Numbered from the whole stretch's first letter, positions 1 through 13,365 are shown. The stretch is 63,645 nt of DNA, filler included, from Octopus bimaculoides (GCF_001194135.2; 7 parts of 7 records of this genome joined end to end with filler, not necessarily neighbours in it), one strand, 5' to 3'. Numbers and translations are program-made. Notes: generated from the sequence alone by a model not told the origin.

Positions 1-345
1 AATCGACCCCAGGACTTATTCTTTGTAAGCCTAGTACTTATTCTATCGGTCTCTTCTCTTTTGCCGAACCACAAAGTTACGGGGACGTAAACACACCAAC
101 ATCGGTTGTCAAGCGATGTTGGGGGGACAAACACAGGCACACAAATACACACACACACACACACACTCATACACACATATTTACATATACGATGGACTCC
201 CACACAATTTTACTCTACCAAATTCGCTCAGAATGTTTTAGTCAGCCCAGGCCTATGGTGGAAGCCTAAGGTGTCGCGCAGTGTGACTGAACCCGAAACC
301 TTGTGGTTGCGAAGCGAACTTCATAACTACACAGCCAGTTCATGA
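1..345 (-). mobile_element. SINE family S3 (tRNA head + CORE-like block + internal microsatellite + 3' module), degenerate 5' half
   Basis: 1-150 is the reverse complement of the 3' module of the full copy at 7009-7424; (CA)n at 146-180; diverged 5' module at about 205-345. Confidence 0.85.
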
Positions 346-399
346 TAAAAATGCTCAAGATTAAAAATCAAAACCAAAATATAAAATTAGAGATGGCCA

Positions 400-845
400 T
401 AAACGTCGGGTATTGATCAAAAGAGTACAATCACGAATGCAAGTGGCTCAAAGAGGGTTCCAGCTAAACATCTCTGGAGTTTCACTTCTCGACATTGAGC
501 GTAGCTCGGAGACCAGGAAATCTCTTCAAGTCGAGCTTCAACTTCTATGCATTGAGAGGTTTACAGCTTCGGTAATATGGATATGTGACTAGAGTGTCGC
601 AGAAAAGAATCGCAAGACGGGACTCTTTAAGCTGAGCCAACCGGTAGGAGACCTAGGGGTTAACCAAGAACGTGAAGGTTGGGTGTTATTTGCAGTCTCA
701 GTTGGTCCCGCTTGAGAATCCATCCGGAAAGTATAATGACAGTTGCTTTTGATAGGACCCTATGGAATATGTGCTTGGGGACTACCCCGACGACCCTTTC
801 AGGAATAGTGGGCGGAGAAGAATGATCAAATAGGTAGATGGAATT
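400..845 (+). mobile_element. RTE-clade LINE 3' fragment (degraded C-terminal region of the RT ORF)
   Basis: Manual translation across stops/frameshifts: ISGVSLLDIERSSETRKSLQVE..LLCIER.QLR*YGYVTRVSQKRIARR...EPTGRRPRG*PRT...SWSRL...ESIMTVAFDRTLW, matching the RTE C-terminal pattern QLRWxGHVxRM...RPRGRPR. Confidence 0.75.
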
Positions 846-852
846 GTTAAAT

Positions 853-1167
853 GAAGTTGTTAAGTGGCTAAGTGGTTAGGGTATTCGGCTCACGGTCGTA
901 AGGTCGATTCTCAGTGGTGCATCGTGCTCTCGAGCAAGACATTTTATTTCATGTTGCTCCGGTCAACTCACCTAACAAAAATAAGAAGTACCTGTATTTC
1001 AAAGGGCCAGCCTTACCACATTCTGTGTCACGATGAATCACCCTGAGAACTACGTAAAGAGTACGCGTGTCTGTGGAGTGTTCGGCTACATACCCGTTAA
1101 CTTCATGAGTCGTCTGTTCTGTTCATCGGATCAACGGGAACACTCGTCTCGTAACCGACAAAGTGCC
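853..1167 (+). mobile_element. SINE family S2 (tRNA-like head, CORE-like GAGCAAGACA block, 3' tail shared with S1)
   Basis: Head GTGGCTAAGTGGTTAGGGTATTCGGCTCACGGTCGTAAGG; body and tail align with 39530-39823 and 57061-57384. Confidence 0.8.
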
Positions 1168-1329
1168 TGTTGTCTAGCTCAAGATCACATAATTCAACGT
1201 GTCCACGCTTTTTGTCTCTCCATTTCATGGCAGTATTGTGTGATTTGATTGAAATTTTAAATCTTTATCTATAGAAAGCCGGCCGACCACTTAGAGGTTA
1301 AGACGTCGTTGTCAAGTGTTGTTATTTTA

Positions 1330-1440
1330 CGCGTGTCTTTGGAGTGCTGGACCACTTGCATGTTAATTTCACGAACCGGCCGTTCCGTTGATCGGATCAA
1401 CTGGAACACCCGCCACCGTAACCGACGGAGCGCCAGTTAA
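1330..1440 (+). mobile_element. 5'-truncated S1/S2 3' tail fragment
   Basis: CGCGTGTCTTTGGAGTGCT...GTTGATCGGATCAACTGGAAC...CCGACGGAGCGCC matches the S1 tail. Confidence 0.8.
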
Positions 1441-1877
1441 CAAACATCTTCAAGGTTAACGAAAATGTACAACTTTTAACAAGACTATTATTATCCAAGA
1501 TCAGTGTGAAAAGGTCAAGGTCATTTAGAATATTCAAAGTTAATAAATACCACGTGAGAGTGCCCTAACAATATTGACGTAGCTTAATATTGCTATCTTC
1601 TTGTGTGTCTATGTCTATTCTTATATGTAATTTGTCAATGTCATTGTAGAAATGGTTGCGTATTACTCACGATATGCCAATTACAAATAAGAATGATAGA
1701 CCCATTCCTTAACTGCCAGAGTGATTTTTAATCCGCCAGCGATGTTGAAGTAATTCTTCAGCTTTTTTTTTTGCTCATTTCTACAAAACAGTATGTTCAT
1801 TTGGTGTTGTTATGTCAATAATTAGCAACGGTGCTGTTATTTGTGTCACGCAGAATGATGTCAGGCCCGTTATGCGC

Positions 1878-1910
<33 letters not shown>

Positions 1911-1944
1911 TATTATTATGATGATGATGATTGTTATTATTCTT

Positions 1945-2160
1945 AAGGCGAAGAGCTGACAGAAACGTTTGCACACCGAGCAAAATGCATAGCGGCATTT
2001 CGTCCGTTTTTACGTTCTGGGTTCAAATGCCACCAAGATCGACTTTACATTTCATTCTTTCGGGGTCGATAAAATAAGTATCAGTTGAGTACTGGCTTCG
2101 ATAAAACCGACTACCCCTCTCCCTCCAAATTTCAGGCCTTGTGTCTATAGTAGAAAGGAT
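1945..2160 (+). mobile_element. SINE family S4 monomer (Pol III A/B-box head + Nin/Deu-like central domain)
   Basis: GAGCTGACAGAAACGTT...GGTTCAAAT (B box)...TTCATTCTTTCGGGGTCGATAAAATAAGTA...CAGGCCTTGTG...AGTAGAAAGGAT; many paralogues in the window. Confidence 0.85.
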
Positions 2161-2175
2161 TATCATTATTATTAT

Positions 2176-3135
2176 TACTGAGTGAGAGAGCAGTGCATGC
2201 CATCAAAGAAACACCGGGTAAAATATACGAATTATCTGGCACTTTCTATTCTCTTTATCTGCTACTTCTAAATCAGGCCTTCTAGCTTCTATTACTCTGT
2301 CATTCTGAATGTTAAAGTCCCACAACATCTTGTATTTCTTACTTTCTAGTACTTTACTAGGTTTATGTTCATGCCATTTTATATGTTCAAATCCTAAATT
2401 TCTACATAACTCTCAGTGGATTGTCATGTCATTTCTTGTATTCTTTCGGTGCTAGCATGCTACATTCACTTACTATATGAGTAACGCTTTCCTCTTTTGA
2501 TTTGCATAACCTACATTCGGAATCTACTTCGTTTTTGTCTGTCTTGGCTTTTATCCAATTAGTCCTAAATGCTTGATCTTTTGCAGCTACTAACAAATTT
2601 TCTGCCTCTCTTTTCAGCTTTCCCTTTTCCAACCATAGCCGTGTCTCACTACTACTATTTGCTGCAACTATCTTTGGGAATCTACCATGCAACGCCTTCT
2701 CCTGCCAGCCAAATAATTTCTGTTCTTTTTTCTAGTTTTTAAGTTCGTTTGGGTTTTTGGTTTTCATATGTCTTGCTGTGACTCTATAAGCTCTTAATAA
2801 ACTTGCTTCACTGTTACCTACATAAGAGTCTATATCTACTGTAGTTAACTCCACGCAATCTTCTACTGATATTAACCCTCTTCCGCCTTCTTTTCTAGGC
2901 AAGTATAATCCTGCTACTCCTACCCTTGGGTGGAGTCCTCCATTCATACTGAATTCCTTCGTAGTTCTTCTGTCTAGCTTTGCTAATTCAGTTTTTGTCT
3001 AATTTACAAAAGCTGCTGAATATCTAAGTAATGATACTACACAAGTATTTACAGCCATTTATCTTTGACTTCATTAGCTTCATTCACCATTTATCTTTGA
3101 CTTCATTAGCTTCCTCAGCCTTCTGATGTACTCGT
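2176..3135 (-). mobile_element. R4/Dong-like non-LTR retrotransposon, 3' part (thumb, CCHC knuckle, RLE endonuclease start), pseudogenised
   Basis: Minus-strand translation: EYIRRLRKLMKSKING..LDRRTT..GLHP..LYLPRKEGGRGL; CRLCKSKEESVTHIVSEC (CCHC); LWDFNIQNDRVIEARRPDL (RLE PD motif). The end abuts (TAA)n at about 2165-2176. Confidence 0.85.
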
Positions 3136-3187
3136 CTCAATTTTCGTTTTCATTTTTATAGCTGGTTTGAAAAATGATATTAACGAT

Positions 3188-3447
3188 ATTCTTCTTCTTC
3201 TTCTTCTTCTTCTTCTTCTTCTTCTTCTTCTTCTTCTTCTTCTTCTTCTTCTTCTTCTTTTTCTTCTTCTTCTTCTTCTTCTTCTTCTTCTCCCCCTCTC
3301 CCCATTCTTCTTCTTCTTCTTCTTCTTCTTCTTCTTCTTCTCCCTCTCNNNNNNNNNNNNNNNNNNNNNNNNNNNNNNNNNNNNNTTCTTCTTCTTCTTC
3401 TTCTTCTTCTTCTTCTTCTTCTTCTTCTTCTTCTTCTTCTTCTTCTA
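3188..3447. repeat. (TTC)n microsatellite with internal gap
   Basis: Direct reading. Confidence 0.98.
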
Positions 3448-3586
3448 TTCCGCTGCGGTTAACTTTGCCATTCATTCTTTCAGGGTCGATAAAATACTTA
3501 TCGGTTCAGCAATGGGGTGGGGGTGGGGGTCGATGTAATCGATTCATTCCCTTCTCCGAAATTGCTGGTCTTGTGACCAAAATTTG

Positions 3587-3644
<58 letters not shown>

Positions 3645-4134
3645 TATTATTATTGTTGTTGCTGTTAAAAATTTTAATTTTTATTATTTATACTTTTTAT
3701 GTGTTTCATAACATCGGGATCAGCAACTTTTCAAAATCCTCTTCTTTAATATTTGCATAGCAAAGATACGTTTACTCGATATCATTCATGTTTGTTTATA
3801 CAGTATGGCTAAAGTTGGATCCACATATTTACTTCAGTTTAGCCTAAGATATTCCATCTATGATACAAGACTCAATAGCAGTCAAGTATTTTCTCTGTAA
3901 ACATACCAACGGCAACTTGTACAAACAACTATAGAGATGGAAGCTAGGCAGATTCACATGTATCGGTACAATAAGTGTTGACATAAATCCTATTCAAACA
4001 TGACATCACTGATCGACTCGGGCTCCACGACTTCACCATCGCTTGACGTCCGCCTTCCATGCTGGCATGGGTGGGACTTATATTCAATTTCTCTGTGATG
4101 CATATACCTACAGTTTTTATAACAATAAATAATG

Positions 4135-4302
4135 TATATACATACATACATACATACATACATACATTCATATATACATACATACATGCATACATACATA
4201 TTCCAGAAATTTATCATTTTAGTATATATGAACATGTATAGACATGCAACTATATACATGAGAATGCATGCATAAAACAAAACACAGATCTGCACACATA
4301 CA

Positions 4303-4333
<31 letters not shown>

Positions 4334-4445
4334 CCTGTTGATGGTGTTGAAATTCCAATGAAGGAGCCTTGGAACTAGGTTAGAAACCGGCTCTTTCTCT
4401 GTTGGCAAGAAGTTTTGAAATAAAACTGAATAGTGGCATACACAT
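4135..4445 (+). repeat. (TACA)n-delimited two-module repeat, copy 1
   Basis: Module TTCCAGAAATTTATCATTT...GCAACTATA and module CTGTTGATG..TTGAAATTCCAAT...TAGGTTAGAA.CCGG...TTGGCAAGA..TTGAAATAAA recur in the same order at 20829-21060. Confidence 0.8.
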
Positions 4446-4500
4446 GAATTTATAAAATTTCATATATATACTTTTTTAACAATTGATTTCACACACCCAC

Positions 4501-4531
<31 letters not shown>

Positions 4532-4533
4532 TG

Positions 4534-4564
<31 letters not shown>

Positions 4565-5248
4565 CAGCCGTCACCGTTTGTTTTTACTGTTTTGTTCTCA
4601 CTGTCCTCTTTTTGTTACCACTTTCACCCTCCGCAAATAATCCCAAATTTTATTTAATTTGCTTTACGGGAAGGACTGTTTCAACGAAGTCGCGTATTGT
4701 CCTTACAGTCGAAACGCGGAGTAGATGAAACAGGGACAACTGATGAAGGAAATGTTCTTTATGTTGTATGTCTCGTTTCTCTGTTTGTTTTTTATCGTCG
4801 TTCGAAAAAAAAAGTTTTCTATGTCTGTGCGCCTTGGGTATGTGCTGTGGTTTGCTGTGGTGCTCTTATGGTTACTGTATTGAAAGTGTTTTGCGTAGGA
4901 TGTGTGCAGTGCCCAGTAGTCCAATTTTCTGTATGTTATATATATTTGTAAGTCCTGGTGTTTTTGTTATGTATTTGTCTGAATATTTTTTTAATACTAT
5001 GATAGGAATTGTTTCTGTTTTTAGATTCCACATTCGAGTNNNNNNNNNNNNNNNNNNNNNNNNNNNNNNNNNNNNNNNNNNNNNNNNNNNNNNNNNNNNN
5101 NNNNNNNNNNNNNNNNNNNNNNNNNNNNNNNNNNNNNNNNNNNNNNNNNNNNNNNNNNNNNNNNNNNNNNNNNNNNNNNNNNNNNNNNNNNNNNTATTTC
5201 TTTTAGAGAAACGTTGTCATCTGCTGATTATTATTATTATTATTATTG

Positions 5249-5310
<62 letters not shown>

Positions 5311-5349
5311 GTTGTTGTTGTTATTATTATTGTTATTATTATTTTAAGT

Positions 5350-5665
5350 CTGGTACTTATTCTATCAGTTCCTTTTGCCGAGCCGCTAAATTACGGAGAC
5401 ATAAACACACGAACACCAATTGTTAAGGCATGGAGCACACACATACACACACAGACACACACAGACACAGACACACACACACACGCACACACACACACAC
5501 ACATGATTGGCTTCTTTCAGTTTCCGTCTAGTAAATCCACTCCCAAGGCCTGGTCGGTCCGAGACCATAAGTAGAAAACACTTGCCCAATGTGCCATGTA
5601 ATGGGACTGAACGCTGAACCATCTGGTTGGTATGCAAGCTTCTTATCACACAGCCACGCCTGTGC
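5350..5665 (-). mobile_element. SINE family S3, 3'-truncated, with internal (TG)n
   Basis: Reverse complement aligns to the 5' module and first half of the 3' module of 7009-7424. Confidence 0.8.
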
Positions 5666-6424
5666 CTCGTTGATAGTTTGTTGTTATATTCCATCAAACT
5701 AAGGCGGCAAGCTAGCAGAATTGTTACTGTGTCGGGTTTAACATTTAGTGGCATTCCTTCTGATTCTTTTAGTTCTGAGTTCAAATTGCCGAGGTCAACT
5801 GTGCCTTTCATTTTTTCTGGGACGATAATCTAAAATACCAGTCAAAATTGCTGACCGTGTGCTAACATTTGAAGCCATTATGTTATTCTTGCAAGTAGTT
5901 TGAAAATATAGGAGACATGAAGGAGACTAGAGTTTAGAATGAATGGTTCGTAAAAATTGAATTTATTGATTAAATTTATGGAAGTCTGTTTCTTCTTTTT
6001 CTTTTCAATTTTTAGAAATCTTGGCGGATTTTTTTTAATAACAGAAACAATAGAAGCCAAGGGAAGCGTTTAGAATATCTGAAAATATTTTCATAAAAGA
6101 ATTTTTTGTTTTACTGAAGAGCTTTATAATCCAACCAAATCTTTTAATACATCTTCACACACACACACACACAAACGCGCGCGCGCACACACACACACAC
6201 AAACACACGCGCGCGCGCATACACACATTATCTTTTGTTTTTACTTGTTTCAGTAACAAGCACATTAAAAGAATCAAGGAGATTCAGAAAAATATCTGAG
6301 ATCTCAAAGGATTATTGTATATGTATATATAAAGGAGACCACTAGGTGGACTGTTAATGTGCTAGAAGAAGATCACATGTAATGCGTCTACTAAGACCGA
6401 ATTGTTCTCAAAGGAAATTTAGTA

Positions 6425-6743
<319 letters not shown>

Positions 6744-6793
6744 NNNNNNNNNNATATATATATATACATACATATATATATATATATATATAG

Positions 6794-6825
<32 letters not shown>

Positions 6826-6834
6826 ATATATATA

Positions 6835-6948
6835 CAGTAATACAACGCCATACCGCGGTTCACCTATCACGGTTCACTTATCGCGGTTTACATATCGCGG
6901 TTTACATATCGCGGTTTACATATCGCGATTCAGCTATCGCGGTTTATT
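6835..6948 (+). mobile_element. pogo/Tigger-like terminal fragment with a 7 x 14-bp subterminal array
   Basis: TA-CAGTAATAC start, then 14-bp period from 6851 to 6948 (consensus TATCGCGGTTTACA; three exact copies 6879-6920). Confidence 0.6.
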
Positions 6949-7008
6949 ATTTAAATTTTCGTCGATTCCTCCGTGGTGTTGTCTTGCATTTATAATAAAA
7001 TAAATATA

Positions 7009-7424
7009 GGAGTGGCTGTGTGGTAAGTAGCTTGCTTACCAACCATATGGTTCCGGGTTCAGTCCCACTGCGTGGCATCTTGGGCAAGTGTCTTCTACTA
7101 TAGCCTCGGGCCGACCAAAGCCTTGTGAGTGGATTTGTTAGATGGAAACTGAAAGAAGCCTGTCGTATATATGTATATATATATATATGTATGTGTGTAT
7201 GTGTTTGTGTATCTGTGTTTGTCCCCCCGACATCGCTTGACAACCGATGCTGGTGTGTTTATGTCCCCGTAACTTAGCGGTTCGGCAAAAGAGACCGATA
7301 GAATAAGTACTAGGCTTCCAAAGAATAAGTCCTGGGGTCGATTTGCTCGACTAAAGGCGGTGCTCCAGGATGGCCACAGTCAAAAGACTGAAACAAGTAA
7401 AAGAGTAAAAGAGTAAAAGAGTAA
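7009..7424 (+). mobile_element. SINE family S3, full-length reference copy
   Basis: A-box-like GTGGCTGTGTGGTAAG, B-box GGTTCAGTCCC, CORE-like CTTGGGCAAGTGTCTT, internal (TA)/(TG) tract 7166-7205, 3' hairpin CAGTCAAAAGACTG, (GTAAAAGA)n tail, imperfect ~19-bp TSD (TTATAATAAAATAAATATA / TTATAATGAAAAAAATACA). Confidence 0.92.
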
Positions 7425-7553
7425 ATTATAATGAAAAAAATACAGTAAAGTACTGTTTCTACTTGGAACGCAACTCTCGCGACAGTCGAGGAATTACTGC
7501 ATATATATATATATATATAGATAGATGTAAATGTATCTATCTATCTATCTATG

Positions 7554-7615
<62 letters not shown>

Positions 7616-9589
7616 CATGTATGTATGTGTGTATGTGTGTGTGAGTGTATGTGTGTGTGTATGTGTGTGTGCGTGTGTGCATTTATCGTCTACAAATTTA
7701 GGTTAAGTGGGGATATGAACAGTGTTTTATCATGGTTGTGATTGAAAGAATATATAATCTTAAAGCAAGAGAGAAAGAATGGACGGAAAGGAGAGAGAGG
7801 ATGAGAAAGAGAGAGAGAGAGAGCGAAAGAGAGAGAAAGATGCGGACAGACAGGCAGACAGAAAGATAGATGGAGTGCGAGAAACAGGGGAGTTTATAAG
7901 GAAGATAGAGAGAGTAAGAGAGAAAGAATGAGAAAGAAAGGGAGAGTGAAGGAGAGAGAGAAAATGACAGAGTAACATTTAGGTCATAATTCTCCACATC
8001 GCGACCTAATTTGGCTGAAGATTTTCAAGGGAGATAACCAATGCTAGCTTTAATGAAAAACAAGGGAGGCAATCAAATTACAACTGCTACTCAATGTAAG
8101 GTACGGAAATTTTTTTTTTTAAATTCACTTCAAATATGCTAATCCAATCTAATTGAAAGTTGGATTTTTGGCTAAAGTTCAAGGTCTTTCATTCAAAACG
8201 AGATCTAAATCTGCATCCCAGAAGCAGCAATATTCAAGATCATTTCCAACTCATGATATGCCATTTATATTCTTCTTCATTAAATTATCTCACATTACCT
8301 CACTAAATAAATACCTGACATAACTACACACACACACACACACATTCTCTCTCTTTCGCCCCCCTCTTTCTCTCCCTTTCTTACTTTGCCTTTGTCTCAC
8401 ATATTCCAATACTTTGGCTTATACATACTCTCACCCAAACGCATGCATATGTATTCATGCTCACATTCTCAGTCAGTCACTACGCACTCACTTTATCACA
8501 GTCTATCGCACTCGCTCACACACAGACACACTTTCTCGTTCCGGGAGTTCTATAAAAACTAGATATTATTTCCAGATTCTCTGCGTTACTTCGTATTTTC
8601 TTCACCAAGAATGTGTAGGAAGTAGAATTAATAGAACTCCATCAGACATTGTTAGAGAGAATGCCTTGTCTAATTTCGTTTCATTAAGACGAAATAATAT
8701 CTGATGTTTTGGTACTCTTTACGTAGACGAAGACGTCATTTTACATTTAACGATGTTTCGGAACTCACCGTCCATGCAGGCTATACATATCTCAATAGAA
8801 GTGTTGCATATAGAAAAATGTACGTAGGCTTCGTATGTCTGTAACCAACTGGATAAGAGTTACTGCCCTTAGTTTAGAAATAAGCGTTTCTCATATGAAT
8901 CTTCAGTTGTGATACAATTTACACATCGGAAGATAATACACTTGATGACAGAACAGTAAATTGGCAGAGTAGTTAGAGCCTCGAACTAACTGTTTTGAGG
9001 TATTTATTCTGATTCTTTAGATTATGAGTTTAAATCTCGCAAAGTTCAAATTTTCTTTTCAAAAATTAAGTAGCTTTCCAGGGTGTTGGATGACAGAAGC
9101 GATTTAGAATTAGATTTAGAAGTGTGTCTGTCATTCTGTCTGTCTGTCTGTCTGTCTCGCCCTCTCCCCCTTCTCTCTTCTTGTCTCCCTCTATGCCTTC
9201 CTCTTTGTATTCTGCGTTCAAATGTCATCGTGGTCTTATTGGGAGGTAGACTTAATCCGTTCGCAAGTTTCACACCACTTCCTATCTGTGGGTGCATTTA
9301 GTAGTGTTCACTTTGTTGCAAGTATTCAGACCACGTCTCTGGTTTGAAGATATCGTCCTTCCTCTCCCAACTGTTTCACAGGCTCTTAAATAAGTAAAGG
9401 GTACTAACACAAACCGCTTCATAATTGCTGTTCTTGTTCCAAAATCACAAAGAAAACAATATCGATGTTGATGTAGTTGAAAATCGGATTAATTTTGAAT
9501 TATTGCACAGGCATCATTTGTTCTCTAGATGCAGTCTTGCATAAGTTATAGAGATGATGATGTAGAGTGATCTCCAAATATTCTTTTCT

Positions 9590-9689
9590 NNNNNNNNNNN
9601 NNNNNNNNNNNNNNNNNNNNNNNNNNNNNNNNNTTAATTAATTAANNNNNNNNNNNNNNNNNNNNNNNNNNNNNNNNNNNNNNNNNNNN
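9590..9689. other. Assembly linker: 44 N + TTAATTAATTAA + 44 N (also 17921-18020, 24525-24624, 49843-49942, 57524-57623, 62453-62552)
   Basis: Identical 100-bp construct six times; the 12-mer has stops in all six frames. Confidence 0.97.
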
Positions 9690-9807
9690 ATCACAACACA
9701 CATAACGTACACCCTCGCACTCACCGTACACCAGAACGTATACCATTCTACAATACTAATATACTACGTGCACAGGCAGAAACACTTACAGACTATACAA
9801 ACACACG

Positions 9808-9863
<56 letters not shown>

Positions 9864-10165
9864 CATGCGCGCGCGCGAACATACCTCCGATACACAGTGA
9901 CCAATAGACTGTATAGTAGCCAATTGCCTAGTGAATGACCAGTTTTATTTACAGAACCGTTTCACAGACGTCAGACCAAGTGTATGTAAGAACCATCATT
10001 ACGATAGACAATTACCATCCGACTACTACTACTACTAGTACTACCACTACCACCACCACCACCACCACCACCACCACCACCACCACTATCACCATCACCA
10101 CCANNNNNNNNNNNNNNNNNNNNNNNNNNNNNNNNNNNNNNNNNNNNNNNNNNNNNNNNNNNACC

Positions 10166-10207
<42 letters not shown>

Positions 10208-10699
10208 GCCACGACGTTATCTTTTCATTTGAGAAAACAACTTCACAGCCCTTCTACAAATCTCTTTCAAAGCAACACTTCAGTAAAATGCTTTCTTTTT
10301 TCAGGTGAGGGACAAACAAGTGACAAGTGGTTGTTAACCAGCAAGACATAGCGGTTAAATCACCCTCACGTTACACTCTATCGTCTTCAAAACAATGGAG
10401 ACTGTGTATGTATGCGTTTCTTTTAAACAATAAACGGGTGAGTATTCAATATATGTTGTAGTGTATAATTCTTGCAGTTAAGCTGTTGGGTAAATTAATA
10501 ATTGATACACACATATACACTCGCAAAATCAATTAGACAATGAAATTGCTTTATCAATAAAAGAACTGAAATTATGTTACGTTGTAGGCACCAGAAGAAA
10601 TTCATATGTATTATTTTGCTGTCCTGTTTTGTCATATATGTCTGTTTATGCTCGTTTTCACCTGCATCTCCATGTCTCGTTTCGTCCTTAACTTCCTCA

Positions 10700-11070
10700 C
10701 TTTGCAACCACGAGGCTTCAGGTTCAGTCACAATGCACAGCAGCTTGGGAAAATGCCTTCTACTATTGCCTTAGGCCGACCGATGTCTTCTGAGTCAATT
10801 TGGCACACGAAAACTGTGTAGAAGCCTGCCATATATACAACCACATATCGCATGTATATATACACATATATACACATACATATACATCTGCATACAAGCA
10901 CGCGCGCATACACACGCATACACAGATATATGTGCGTGTGTTTGTCCTTGTGCTTGTTCCCAACCAACCATTTGAAAGCCGGGGCTGGTTTGTTTACTTC
11001 TCTGTAACTTAAAGGTTCGGCAAAAGACACCGATAGAATAAATACCGGGCTGAAACATAAATGCTGGTTA
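10700..11070 (+). mobile_element. SINE family S3, old diverged copy
   Basis: Recognisable 5' module, internal (TA/CA) tract 10829-10940, and 3' module GGTTCGGCAAAAGACACCGATAGAATAA. Confidence 0.75.
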
Positions 11071-11339
11071 AACCCTTCAAAACAATGATTCAGCATCCAT
11101 CGCAAACTGTATCTAGTACATTACTTTCACGTTTAAAACATCACCATAATCCTTATATAGCTCCAGACTTTATCTTCCACTACTATAATGCCGCTACATA
11201 GAACCGCTATTAGTGCCGCTATAGTGAACCTTTGTTACTGATGTATTCATACCGACTCAGAAAAACTCACCAGAAACCAACGCAGATAAATGAGCCGCTC
11301 CAACAACAAACCGTCAATAACTCAACAATGCTATAGAAT

Positions 11340-11772
11340 ATATTATTTTCTACTCCAGGCACAAGGCCCGAAATTTTGAGGGAGGGGGCCAGTCGATTAG
11401 ATCAACCCCAGTACGCAACTGGTACTTAATTTATCGACCCCGAAAAGATGAAAGGCACGGTCGACCTCGGTAGAATTTGAACTCAGAACGTAAAGACACG
11501 AAATACTGTTAAGCATATCGCCTGGCGTGCTAACGATTCTTATTTCTTTATTGCCCACAAGGGGTAAATATAGAGGGAACAAACAGGGACAGACTAAGGG
11601 ATTAAGTCGATCACATCGACCCCAGTGCGTAACTGGTACTTAATTTATCGACCCCGAAAGGATGAAAGGCAAAGTTAACCACGGCGTAATTTGAACTCAG
11701 AACGCAACGGCAAACAAAATACCGCTAAGCATTTCGCCCGGCGTGCTAACGTTTCCGCCAGCTTGCCTCCTT
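11340..11772 (-). mobile_element. SINE family S4, dimeric form (head + unit A + unit B)
   Basis: Two ~216-bp S4 bodies head-to-tail, joined at ...GGGCAATAAAGAAATAAGAA|TCGTTAGCACGCC (about 11536). Confidence 0.9.
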
Positions 11773-12663
11773 GAATGCTATAGAATATACTAACCGACAC
11801 AAACAGGGTCGATAATATATTTTATAGCAGCCCTATGCACACACACACACACACNNNNNNNNNNNNNNNNNNNNNNNNNNNNNNNNNNNNNNNNNNNNNN
11901 NNNNNNNNNNNNNNNNNNNNNNNNNNNNNNNNNNNNNNNNNNNNNNNNNNNNNNNNNNNNNNNNNNNNNNNNNNNNNNNNNNNNNNNNNNNNNNNNNNNN
12001 NNNNNNNNNNNNNNNNNNNNNNNNNNNNNNNNNNNNNNNNNNNNNNNNNNNNNNNNNNNNNNNNNNNNNNNNNNNNNNNNNNNNNNNNNNNNNNNNNNNN
12101 NNNNNNNNNNNNNNNNNNNNNNNNNNNNNNNNNNNNNNNNNNNNNNNNNNNNNNNNNNNNNNNNNNNNNNNNNNNNNNNNNNNNNNNNNNNNNNNNNNNN
12201 NNNNNNNNNNNNNNNNNNNNNNNNNNNNNNNNNNNNNNNNNNNNNNNNNNNNNNNNNNNNNNNNNNNNNNNNNNNNNNNNNNNNNNNNNNNNNNNNNNNN
12301 NNNNNNNNNNNNNNNNNNNNNNNNNNNNNNNNNNNNNNNNNNNNNNNNNNNNNNNNNNNNNNNNNNNNNNNNNNNNNNNNNNNNNNNNNNNNNNNNNNNN
12401 NNNNNNNNNNNNNNNNNNNNNNNNNNNNNNNNNNNNNNNNNNNNNNNNNNNNNNNNNNNNNNNNNNNNNNNNNNNNNNNNNNNNNNNNNNNNNNNNNNNN
12501 NNNNNNNNNNNNNNNNNNNNNNNNNNNNNNNNNNNNNNNNNNNNNNNNNNNNNNNNNNNNNNNNNNNNNNNNNNNNNNNNNNNNNNNNNNNNNNNNNNNN
12601 NNNNNNNNNNNNNNNNNNNNNNNNNNNNNNNNNNNNNNNNNNNNNNNNNNNNNNNNNNNNNNN

Positions 12664-12695
<32 letters not shown>

Positions 12696-13146
12696 TGTGT
12701 GTCAAAGGTGGTACATAAAATTACACGATCAAAGAACACTTTGTAACTGAGTAACATTGCTTAAGCATTTATATAGCCAATCGTCATTTAGTTTTACTCT
12801 TTATTTTCACTTTTATTTTCTTATAACTTGACCAGAGAAAAGGAAGGTCCAACCACTTCTTTCTCGGCGGGGTTTCCTAAACTGATAAAGGGTTATAAGT
12901 AAAAAAAAAACAATAACTGCTTCCACTATAGAAAGTAGCATATGAACGTAACGAGGATTGGTTCAAATATTGCCAACGGAGTGACTGAACTAATCTGGAA
13001 GGCTACCATGAACCAAGGAGTGGTGTTAACCCGGGAGACGTATTAACTCAATCGCAGAAACTTGTTTGTAATTGATTGTTCTTAGTTGTTTGTATATCTG
13101 AATACATTAGTTTGTTGTTTGACAGACTATCTGCGTGATTTTCCTT

Positions 13147-13184
<38 letters not shown>

Positions 13185-13324
13185 CCTGTCTGTCTGTCTG
13201 TCTATAAACACACACACACACACATGCACACACACATTCACCTCCATGCAGTTACCCATCTATGTACGCATCCATTTATCATTCGTCCATAGACACATCG
13301 GTTTATCTCCGCGCGTGTATGTAC

Positions 13325-13365
<41 letters not shown>

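Noticed and set aside
1512-1523. AGGTCAAGGTCA nuclear-receptor DR0-like site
   Set aside because: Single motif with no gene context; cannot be supported as regulatory from sequence alone.
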